32,000 nt of DNA, from positions 6,270,001 through 6,302,000 of the forward strand of contig NZ_LN831024.1 of the NCBI RefSeq assembly GCF_001457615.1. Direction: 5' to 3'. This DNA comes from Pseudomonas aeruginosa. Its GTDB lineage: Bacteria; Pseudomonadota; Gammaproteobacteria; Pseudomonadales; Pseudomonadaceae. Position numbers and translations under genes: made by a program. Below, piece by piece: positions 8,103 to 15,209 of the stretch (the stretch's first letter is position 1; each line of letters starts with the position of its first letter). The notes under the pieces were generated by a model. The model saw only the letters and a list, made by a program, of their open reading frames with translations. It was not told the DNA's origin and made no database searches.

Positions 8103-9071
8103 TCATTCCGCGACCATCCGACACGCCAGGAACGCCTCTTCGAGCGCCTCTTCATCCGCGCCTGCGGCGAGGATCAGTTCCAGCCGATTATCCCGCCGCC
8201 ACGAGGATTTGCCCCAGTTATCCACAAACGGCGCGGCATTCGCTGCATACCAACCGTCCGCGCAATGCAGCACCGCCTTGGCCCGCCGCAGTCCGGACAG
8301 ACGGTTCAGCCAGGCGTCCACTGCGGCCCGATCGAAACGCACCGACGGCGCCAGCCGCCAGCCGATGGCGAACTGGCCGTCCTGCTCGCGCACGGCGCGC
8401 AGCGGTCGCTCGGCGGGCAGCACCGTTCCCAACTGAGCAGGCGCCTCCGGCAGGGCCGCCCAGGTCGTCGCGCTACCTTCCCCGGCAACGCTGGTCGGCA
8501 GATCGCGCAATGCCAGGTGACCGCGCACGCTCCAGCGCAACGGCAGGACCGGCAGGCGCGCGCGCACAGCGCAGCGCTGCGTCGCGTCGAGCGTTTCGGA
8601 TTTGTTCAGCAGCAACATGCCGGCCGCTTCCAGCGCCTGTTCCTGTGCCTCCGGCAGCGGTTGGCCGGAGGCCAGCGCGGCGGCATCCAGCACCACTACC
8701 AGGGGTTGCAGGGCCAGGACGCCGGACCAGGGAGGAGCCTGCAGCTGTTTCCACAGCGCCAGCGGATGTCCCAACCCGGAGGGTTCGATGAACAGCCGGT
8801 CCGGCCGTGCCCGACGCAACAAGCGACCGAGCCCCACCTGGAACGGCACGCCATTGACGCAGCAGAGGCACCCGCCCGCCACCTCGCCGATGGCCACGCC
8901 GTCGACGTCCGTGGCCAGCAGCGCGGCATCCAGGCCGATCTCGCCGAACTCGTTGACCAGCACCGCCCAGCGCTCGCCCGCCGGCTTCTGCGCCAGCAGC
9001 GAGCGGATCAGGCTGGTCTTGCCGGCCCCCAGGGGGCCGCCGATCAGGTGTGTGGGTATCTCTCGAAGCAT
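8103..9071 (-). CDS. COG0523/CobW-family G3E GTPase (putative metallochaperone)
   Basis: 322-aa ORF with Walker A GPLGAGKTSLI, a CxCC motif (GGCLCCVNG) and a CobW C-terminal domain. Confidence 0.9.
   Translation of the reverse strand: MLREIPTHLIGGPLGAGKTSLIRSLLAQKPAGERWAVLVNEFGEIGLDAALLATDVDGVAIGEVAGGCLCCVNGVPFQVGLGRLLRRARPDRLFIEPSGLGHPLALWKQLQAPPWSGVLALQPLVVVLDAAALASGQPLPEAQEQALEAAGMLLLNKSETLDATQRCAVRARLPVLPLRWSVRGHLALRDLPTSVAGEGSATTWAALPEAPAQLGTVLPAERPLRAVREQDGQFAIGWRLAPSVRFDRAAVDAWLNRLSGLRRAKAVLHCADGWYAANAAPFVDNWGKSSWRRDNRLELILAAGADEEALEEAFLACRMVAE
8218..8226 (+). other. Exact DnaA-box 9-mer TTATCCACA (inside COG0523 gene 8103-9071)
   Basis: Exact string match. The coding strand reads TTT-GTG-GAT-AAC, using minor codons TTT and GAT. 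Confidence 0.5.
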
Positions 9072-9173
9072 CTGCGCAACCGGAATGTGAAAGCCTGTGG
9101 ATCAATGCGGTCCTTGCCTGCGGGGAGCCAGGCCCCGTGCTAGAGTCGCGCCCGTCTGCAATGGAGTCCTCGC

Positions 9174-9542
9174 ATGCGTCCGTTCCTGTTCTTCCTGTCC
9201 TGCCTGCCGGGCCTGGCCCTGGCCGAAGCCTGCATCGTCCATAGCCAGGCGAAGAATCTCGACGTGAAGGTCTGCCAGCAGAACCGCAGCATCCCGGCCA
9301 AGCTGTTCCACGAAGGCTTCTGCCAGCCACAACTGCAGGGCCAGAAGGTCGAGGTGACGTTCGCCGAGGAGTGTCCGACGGGCGCCTTCGGTGTCTGCCG
9401 CGACGCCAGGGTACCCAACGCGCCCTATCGGCAGGACATCTTCTACTACGGCATCGCGACCGACGCACGCTACCTGGAGCCGTTCTGCGCCAGCCAGAGC
9501 CAAGGTCGCTGGGAAGAGCCTAGCGCCGCGAAAAAGCCCTGA
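9174..9542 (+). CDS. Secreted Cys-rich hypothetical protein
   Basis: 122-aa ORF with signal peptide MRPFLFFLSCLPGLALA/EA and six Cys in the mature part. High GC3. Followed by a strong terminator. Confidence 0.7.
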   Translation: MRPFLFFLSCLPGLALAEACIVHSQAKNLDVKVCQQNRSIPAKLFHEGFCQPQLQGQKVEVTFAEECPTGAFGVCRDARVPNAPYRQDIFYYGIATDARYLEPFCASQSQGRWEEPSAAKKP

Positions 9543-9640
9543 GCGCGTCATCAGCCTGTCACAGCGTCAGGGCTAAATGGGAGTCGGGTACCTCAGCACC
9601 CTTCGTCCCCATCCCCAAGGTAGGACGACTTTTTGGTGAT

Positions 9641-9668
9641 AGGCCATCTGCGGATGGCCTTTTTTTAT
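9641..9668 (+). terminator. Rho-independent terminator
   Basis: AGGCCATC-TGCG-GATGGCCT followed by TTTTTTTATT. Confidence 0.85.
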
Positions 9669-9694
9669 TCCTCGAAAGACACTTGTCCACAGGC

Positions 9695-10336
9695 TCAGGC
9701 AAGCCAGTCCAGGGTCAACAGCAGGCGCGCCAGCCCAGGCTCCGCTCGCGGCGAGCGATGCACCAGCCCGGCACCTTCGTTACCCTCCCAGCGTTCGCCC
9801 TTGAGCAGCGCCACGTCGCCCGTGGACAAGCTGTGGATAAGCTGTTCATCGACAACTTCAGCCTGCGCTCCGCCAAGAAGCCGACGGTCCAGGCCGGACT
9901 CGTCCAGCCATTCGCTGGCGGCGCCCTGGTAGGTGGTGACCAGCCGCAGCGGCACGTGGTCGACGTGGAAACGCGGGCACATCGGTTTATCCAGAACGCG
10001 CAGGCGCAGGCCGATACGCCGCGCCCCGGTCAGGCAGGAGAAGGCCTCGACCAGCCAGCCCAGGTCGTCGAGGAAATCGGTTTGTCCCGGCAGTTGCTGC
10101 GCGTCGAGCAGGCCGTCCAAGACGGGTAGCCGTTCCTCTTCCATCTCCAGCGTCTGGCTCAGCGCCAGTCCCGGCCGGTTGCGCACCAGGGCGGCGGCGA
10201 AGTCGCGCAGCGCCGGGCTCAACCGGCGTGTCCAGACCGCCAGGTTGACGCCCTCGCGAAGCACCTCGGCCAGCACCTGGGGGTCGTCATCGAACGCCTG
10301 GCACGGCAACGGTTTTTCCTGCGGCAGTGCGCTCAT
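9695..10336 (-). CDS. DUF1826-like protein, translationally coupled to the upstream COG0523 gene
   Basis: 213-aa ORF. Its ATG overlaps the stop of the upstream gene (ATGA at 10333-10336). Contains CPRFHVDH ... GDVALLKG ... LVHRSP. Confidence 0.8.
   Translation of the reverse strand: MSALPQEKPLPCQAFDDDPQVLAEVLREGVNLAVWTRRLSPALRDFAAALVRNRPGLALSQTLEMEEERLPVLDGLLDAQQLPGQTDFLDDLGWLVEAFSCLTGARRIGLRLRVLDKPMCPRFHVDHVPLRLVTTYQGAASEWLDESGLDRRLLGGAQAEVVDEQLIHSLSTGDVALLKGERWEGNEGAGLVHRSPRAEPGLARLLLTLDWLA
9832..9840 (-). other. Exact DnaA-box 9-mer (TGTGGATAA on +) inside the DUF1826 gene, in tandem with a 2-mismatch box
   Basis: The minus strand reads CTT-ATC-CAC-AGC-TTG-TCC-ACG, i.e. TTATCCACA-gc-TTGTCCACG. 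Confidence 0.5.
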
Positions 10337-11535
10337 GCGGCGTGCCCCCAGTCCTCGAAGGGGTCGTCCAGGCCCTGCCAGCCGGGGATGCCCAGGTTCA
10401 TCTCGGCGTCATCCAGCAGGCAGGCGTCCAGGGCTGCGCGCAGGGCCGCGAAGTCCAGGTTCTGACCGATGAAAACCAGCTCCTGGCGACAGTCGCCGAC
10501 GCCTTCCTCCCAGTGCCGCATGATCGCCCGCAGGCCCTCTTCGTCCTGTGGCCACTGTCCGGTCGGCACGAAGCGCCACCAGCGGCCCGCCAGGCCGTAG
10601 CGCATCAGGCCGCCGGCCTGCGACCAGCTGCCGGCCTCGCGGGGCCGGCTGGCGAGCCAGAAGAAGCCCTTGGAGCGCAGCAGCCGCCCCTGCTTCAGCG
10701 GATTGTGCAGGAAGGCGTGGAAGCGCGCGGGGTGGAACGGCCGGCGCGCCCGGTAGGCCATGGAGGCGATGCCATATTCCTCGGTTTCCGGCAGGTGCTC
10801 GCCGCGCAGTTCCTTCAGCCAGCCCGGCGCGGACGCCGCGCGATCGAAATCGAAGCGACCGGTATCGAGGATCTTCGCCAGCGGCACCTGACCCATCACC
10901 ATCGGCAGGATCTCCGCCTCGGCATTGAGCTGGCGCAGGATCGCCAGCAGTTCCTCGCGCTGCTCGCTGGAGATCAGGTCGATCTTGCTGACCAGGATCA
11001 CGTCGGCGAATTCGACCTGGTCGATCAGCAGGTCGGTGATCGAGCGCTGATCCTCCTCACCGAGGGTTTCGCCACGACTGGCCAGGCTGGCGGCCTCCTG
11101 GTAGTCGCGGAGAAAATTCATCCCGTCGACCACCGTGACCATGGTATCCAGTCGCGCCACGTCGGACAGGCTGCGGTCCAGCTCGTCGCGGAAGGTGAAG
11201 GTCTCGGCCACCGGCATCGGTTCGGAAATCCCGGTGGACTCGATCAGCAGGTAGTCGAAGCGGCCTTCCCGGGCGAGACGGCCGACCTCTTCCAGCAGGT
11301 CTTCGCGCAGGGTGCAGCAGATACAGCCGTTGCTCATCTCCACCAGGCGTTCTTCAGCGCGGTTCAGGCTGACATCGCGCTGGACCTCGCTGCCATCGAT
11401 ATTGATTTCGCTCATATCGTTGACGATCACCGCAACCCGTCGGTTCTCGCGGTTCTTCAGCACATGGTTGAGCAGCGTGCTCTTGCCGGCGCCGAGAAAG
11501 CCGGACAGCACGGTGACAGGTAGGCGTTGGTTCAC
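10333..11535 (-). CDS. COG0523/CobW-family G3E GTPase (zinc metallochaperone-like)
   Basis: GTG at 11535 is preceded by GAAGAGG within ORF 10333..11760. Product (V)[24 protein letters not shown] has a Walker A motif, a [10 protein letters not shown] CxCC motif and a CobW_C domain. Lies 14 nt downstream of dksA2. Confidence 0.9.
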   Translation of the reverse strand: MNQRLPVTVLSGFLGAGKSTLLNHVLKNRENRRVAVIVNDMSEINIDGSEVQRDVSLNRAEERLVEMSNGCICCTLREDLLEEVGRLAREGRFDYLLIESTGISEPMPVAETFTFRDELDRSLSDVARLDTMVTVVDGMNFLRDYQEAASLASRGETLGEEDQRSITDLLIDQVEFADVILVSKIDLISSEQREELLAILRQLNAEAEILPMVMGQVPLAKILDTGRFDFDRAASAPGWLKELRGEHLPETEEYGIASMAYRARRPFHPARFHAFLHNPLKQGRLLRSKGFFWLASRPREAGSWSQAGGLMRYGLAGRWWRFVPTGQWPQDEEGLRAIMRHWEEGVGDCRQELVFIGQNLDFAALRAALDACLLDDAEMNLGIPGWQGLDDPFEDWGHAA

Positions 11536-11549
11536 GGTTGGTAACCTCT

Positions 11550-11954
11550 TCAGTTGTGCCGCACGTGGCGTTCGCGCTTCTCCTGGCGCTCTTTCGCCTC
11601 GATGCAGAGGGTGGCGGTGGGACGCAACAGCAGGCGGCGCAGGCCGATCGGCTCGCCGGTTTCCTGGCACCAGCCGTAGTCGCCGCGGGCCAGGCGCTCC
11701 AGCGCTTCGTCGATCTTGTCGAGCAGCTTCTTCTCCCGCTCCAGCAGGCGAAGTTGCCATTGCCGCTGTTCCTCGCGGGAAGCCAGGTCGGCCTCGTCGC
11801 TGGGGCGTTCGAGATCGCGCAGCTCGCCGAATTCGCCTTCGATGCGCGCCTGAAGTTCCTGGCGCTGACGCAGCAGCAGGTCGCGGAAGAAGTCCTGCTG
11901 GGCTTCGTCCATGTAGGCAGCGTCGGGCTGGGCAAGCAGTTCCTGTTCGGTCAT
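11550..11954 (-). CDS. dksA2: DksA paralogue lacking the Cys4 zinc finger (Zn-independent DksA2)
   Basis: 134-aa ORF of the DksA/TraR family. The finger region reads [28 protein letters not shown], i.e. CxxT...CxxA in place of CxxC...CxxC. A Zur box lies 25 nt upstream. Confidence 0.95.
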   Translation of the reverse strand: MTEQELLAQPDAAYMDEAQQDFFRDLLLRQRQELQARIEGEFGELRDLERPSDEADLASREEQRQWQLRLLEREKKLLDKIDEALERLARGDYGWCQETGEPIGLRRLLLRPTATLCIEAKERQEKRERHVRHN

Positions 11955-11979
11955 GGGCTGAACCTGGGAAATTTAAAAC

Positions 11980-11992
11980 GTTATACTATAAC
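11980..11992. promoter_or_regulatory. Zur box (perfect palindrome GTTATAcTATAAC) in the divergent dksA2 / secreted-protein promoter region
   Basis: Matches the GTTATAnTATAAC core of the gamma-proteobacterial Zur operator. Embedded in the AT-rich stretch AAAACGTTATACTATAACAATTAA. Confidence 0.9.
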
Positions 11993-12066
11993 AATTAACA
12001 CCACAATCGATGGCCCGCCAATCGCCTTCCGGCTACCCTGGGCCCACGTCATCCCGGGATCCACCG

Positions 12067-12483
12067 ATGCGCCGCGTCCTCCGCCTTTACTGCCTGGCCC
12101 TCCTGCTGCTCGCTCCGGCGGCACAGGCGCAGGGCTTTCTTCCCGGCACCCGCCCGGCGGAATGCGCTTACCTGCGCACCGTTCTGGCCTGCATGGATCG
12201 GCTGGGCAACCACTACAGCGTCGCCACCGGCGGCAACGACACCTGGCTGCGCGGCTACGACGCGGCGAGCGGACGACGCTGGGCCCAGACCAATACGCGC
12301 TACGGGCGCCTGACCTTCTTCAGCGGCATCGCCAGCGATGGGGAAATCTGGGTCGGCCTCAGCCGCAACATCGGCTGGACCAGCATCAGCCGCCTGAGCA
12401 GTTCATCGGGCCAGCGCCAACGCCTGACCTGCGGGCGGGTCAGCGGCTGCAGCGAAGGCCCTAGCCGGGAGGCTGCGCGCTGA
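12067..12483 (+). CDS. Secreted hypothetical protein (divergent from dksA2)
   Basis: ATG at 12067 inside ORF 12010..12483 gives signal peptide MRRVLRLYCLALLLLAPAAQA/QG. High GC3. Its 3' end overlaps the amiA 3' end by 23 bp. Confidence 0.65.
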   Translation: MRRVLRLYCLALLLLAPAAQAQGFLPGTRPAECAYLRTVLACMDRLGNHYSVATGGNDTWLRGYDAASGRRWAQTNTRYGRLTFFSGIASDGEIWVGLSRNIGWTSISRLSSSSGQRQRLTCGRVSGCSEGPSREAAR

Positions 12484-13654
12484 GCGCCGCCAGGTAGCTG
12501 CCGGCGGGAGGGCGTTGCCGGAAGTAGCCCTGCACGCCAGCGAAGATCGCCTCGGCCAGGCGCTGGCGATGGCGTTCGTCCATCAACCGGCGACAATCGC
12601 CGCGATTCGAGATGAAGCCGGTCTCCACCAGGATCGAAGGGATGTCCGGCGACTTGAGCACGGCGAAGCCGGCCTGCTCGACACGCTTCTGGTGCAGCGC
12701 GGTGACGTCCGACAACTGGCCGAGAACGCTGTGGCCGAGGTCCAGGCTGCTGGCGATGGTCGAACTCAGGGCCATGTCGAGGATCACCCCGGCGAGTACC
12801 TTGTCGCGGCCCTGTAGCGGCAGGTTGCCGCTGTTGCCGATCAGGTCGGCGCCGTTCTCGCGCTCGGCCATCCAGCGCGACATGGTCGAGCTGGCGCCAT
12901 GCTCGGAGAGGGCATATACCGACGCGCCGGAGGCGGTCAGTCGCGGCGCCGCGTCGGCGTGCACCGAAACGAACATGTCGGCGTTGTAGCGCCGGGCCAC
13001 TTCCGGCCGCTTGCGCAGCGGGACGAACACATCGCCGTTGCGCACCAGGCGCGCCTTGAAGCCTTTCTCACGGTCGATCCGCCGCGCCAGCAGGCGGGCG
13101 ATGGCCAGCGCCACGTCCTTTTCGCGCTCGCCCTTGCTACCGACCGCGCCGGGGTCCTTGCCGCCATGGCCGGCATCGACCACCACGAGGATGTCGCGGC
13201 CCGTCGAGGGTAGCGGGCGGGCCAGCGCCAGCATTGGCTCGGGGGGCGCCGCCAGCGCCTGTGGATATAGGTCCAGGACCAGGCGATGGCCCTTTCCCGC
13301 CTGCGGTTCCAGGGCGAAGCTGCGCGGCCTGACCGCTTGGCGCAGATCGAGGACGATGCGCGTCCCGCCGCCACCCAGTTGGCCACTGCGTATGGCGCGC
13401 ACGGGGCCGTCCAGCGGTAGCTCGGAGAGCGTTGCGAGCAATTGCGCGTCGGGCAGGTCGAGGATCAACCGCTCGGGGGCCTGCAGGGAAAAGGTTCGAT
13501 AACGCGGCGGGCCGTCCAGTTCCAGCACCAGGCGCCAGCTTTCCGAGGAATTCCAGGCCCGGGCCTGGCGGATTCGTACATTGGCGCTGGCGGCCAGGAA
13601 CGGCTGGAGGGCCAGGCCGGCGAGCAGGCTTTGCAGGAGACGACGGCGCTTCAT
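12461..13654 (-). CDS. amiA: N-acetylmuramoyl-L-alanine amidase (Amidase_3) with twin-arginine signal
   Basis: The ATG at 13654 gives MKRRRLLQSLLAGLALQPFLAASA (Tat-like); the ORF-track start at 13675 is a TTG. Catalytic domain VVVDAGHGGKDPGAVG...FVSVHAD. Confidence 0.9.
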   Translation of the reverse strand: MKRRRLLQSLLAGLALQPFLAASANVRIRQARAWNSSESWRLVLELDGPPRYRTFSLQAPERLILDLPDAQLLATLSELPLDGPVRAIRSGQLGGGGTRIVLDLRQAVRPRSFALEPQAGKGHRLVLDLYPQALAAPPEPMLALARPLPSTGRDILVVVDAGHGGKDPGAVGSKGEREKDVALAIARLLARRIDREKGFKARLVRNGDVFVPLRKRPEVARRYNADMFVSVHADAAPRLTASGASVYALSEHGASSTMSRWMAERENGADLIGNSGNLPLQGRDKVLAGVILDMALSSTIASSLDLGHSVLGQLSDVTALHQKRVEQAGFAVLKSPDIPSILVETGFISNRGDCRRLMDERHRQRLAEAIFAGVQGYFRQRPPAGSYLAALSAQPPG

Positions 13655-13695
13655 CGACGAAATACCCGATTGCAAGGGTCGGCATTAGCTAATAC

Positions 13696-13708
13696 GTTAT
13701 ATTATAAC
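13696..13708. promoter_or_regulatory. Zur box (perfect palindrome GTTATAtTATAAC) in the divergent amiA / folE2 promoter region
   Basis: Second exact GTTATAnTATAAC. It ends 45 nt upstream of the folE2 ATG and starts 41 nt upstream of the amiA ATG. Confidence 0.9.
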
Positions 13709-13753
13709 ATTCAAACCATTTCCAGGCCTTGCCTGCCCTTCTTCGAGTTCTCC

Positions 13754-14650
13754 ATGAATGCCTTGACGCTTCCCGATATCGCCCGCCAGACCACCACCGC
13801 CGATCTTCCCCTGGACTGGGTCGGCATGCAGGGCATCGCCCTTCCCGTGCAGATCGGCGGGCAGAGGGTCGCCGCCGAAGCCGATGCCGGTGTCAGCCTG
13901 GACGACCCGCAGGCCCGCGGCATCCATATGTCGCGCCTCTACCTGGCGCTGGCCGAACTGGAACAGGGCGAGCTGGACCTTTCCTGCCTGCGCGCCGTCC
14001 TGCAACGCTTCCTCGCCAGCCACGCCGGCCTGTCGCGTCGCGCCTACCTGCGCCTACGCCTCGCGCCGCTGCTGCGGCGTCCGGCGCTGGTCAGCCCGCT
14101 GAGCGGCTGGAAACGTTATCCACTGGTGCTGGACACGCGCCTGGAAGGCGATGACTTCCAGGCCGAAGTCCATCTCGAGCTGACCTACTCCTCAACCTGC
14201 CCCTGTTCGGCGGCACTGGCCCGGCAATTGATCCAGGAGCGCTTCGACCAGGACTTCGCCGGACAGCCGCTCGATCATGCCAGCGTGCTTGCGTGGCTCG
14301 GCAGCAGCGCCGGCATCGTCGCCACCCCGCACAGCCAGCGCAGCAGCGCGCACCTGCGCATCGGCCTGGCGGAAGACTGCATCGGACTGCCCCTGGAAGA
14401 GCTGGCGGATCTCGGCGAAAGCGCCCTCGGCACCGCGGTGCAGACTGCGGTGAAACGCGCCGACGAGCAGGCCTTCGCCCTCGCCAACGGGCAGAACCTG
14501 ATGTTCTGCGAGGACGCGGTGCGCCGGCTGCACCGCGCCCTGCAGGGCTATCCACAGGCGAGCCGGTTCTCCATACGGGTCGTCCATGCGGAAAGCCTGC
14601 ATGCCCATGACGCCGTCGCCGAAAGCCATTGGCAGCGAGGTGCAGCATGA
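13754..14650 (+). CDS. folE2: GTP cyclohydrolase IB (FolE2)
   Basis: ATG at 13754 inside ORF 13442..14650. FolE2/MptA-like sequence (HMSRLY..., TYSSTCPCSAALAR..., SQRS..). 298 aa. Confidence 0.9.
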   Translation: MNALTLPDIARQTTTADLPLDWVGMQGIALPVQIGGQRVAAEADAGVSLDDPQARGIHMSRLYLALAELEQGELDLSCLRAVLQRFLASHAGLSRRAYLRLRLAPLLRRPALVSPLSGWKRYPLVLDTRLEGDDFQAEVHLELTYSSTCPCSAALARQLIQERFDQDFAGQPLDHASVLAWLGSSAGIVATPHSQRSSAHLRIGLAEDCIGLPLEELADLGESALGTAVQTAVKRADEQAFALANGQNLMFCEDAVRRLHRALQGYPQASRFSIRVVHAESLHAHDAVAESHWQRGAA

Positions 14651-15207
14651 TCCGCAAGAATCCCTCCGGCGACCTGCCGGTGATCGACGAATCGGCCTAT
14701 GTGGACAAGACCGCGATCATCTGCGGCAAGGTGATCATCCAGGCCAACGTCTTCGTCGGTCCCTACGCAGTGATCCGTGCCGACGAAGTCGACGCCGACG
14801 GCGGCATGCAACCGATCGTGATCGGCGCCAACTCGAACATCCAGGACGGCGTGGTGATCCATTCCAAGTCGGGTGCCGCGGTGACCATCGGCGAGCACAG
14901 CTCCATCGCCCACCGCTCCATCGTCCACGGTCCTTGCGAAGTCGGCGACCGGGTCTTCATCGGCTTCAACAGCGTGCTGTTCAACTGCCGGGTCGGCGAT
15001 GGCTGCGTGGTCCGCCACAACGCGGTGGTCGACGGCTGCGACCTGCCAGCGGGTTTCTACGTACCGTCCACCGAGCGCATCGGTCCGCGCACCGACCTGG
15101 CGAGCATGCCGCGGGTCAGCGTTTCCGCCAGCGAGTTCTCGGAAGACGTGGCGCGCACCAACGTCGACCTGGTACGCGGCTACAAGTCGCTGCAGAACGA
15201 GTTCTGA
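14647..15207 (+). CDS. Gamma-class carbonic anhydrase-like left-handed beta-helix protein
   Basis: ATG at 14647 overlaps the folE2 stop (ATGA) and is preceded by GAGGTG. Hexapeptide repeats and His ligand pattern (VIHS...IAHRSIVHG). Confidence 0.85.
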   Translation: MIRKNPSGDLPVIDESAYVDKTAIICGKVIIQANVFVGPYAVIRADEVDADGGMQPIVIGANSNIQDGVVIHSKSGAAVTIGEHSSIAHRSIVHGPCEVGDRVFIGFNSVLFNCRVGDGCVVRHNAVVDGCDLPAGFYVPSTERIGPRTDLASMPRVSVSASEFSEDVARTNVDLVRGYKSLQNEF

Positions 15208-15209
15208 AC

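Noticed and set aside
9987-9995. TTATCCAGA counted as a DnaA-box variant
   Set aside because: The mismatch falls in the CACA core, which is critical for DnaA recognition. It is listed for completeness but should not be treated as a likely site.
10333-11760. Long N-terminal extensions in ORF-track models (also 27897..28544, 1967..3244, 2226..4940, 13442..14650, 14586..16547)
   Set aside because: The extensions are Arg/Pro/Ala-rich, overlap neighbouring genes and lack an RBS. Internal starts with Shine-Dalgarno motifs or stop-start overlaps give products that begin at recognisable N-termini.
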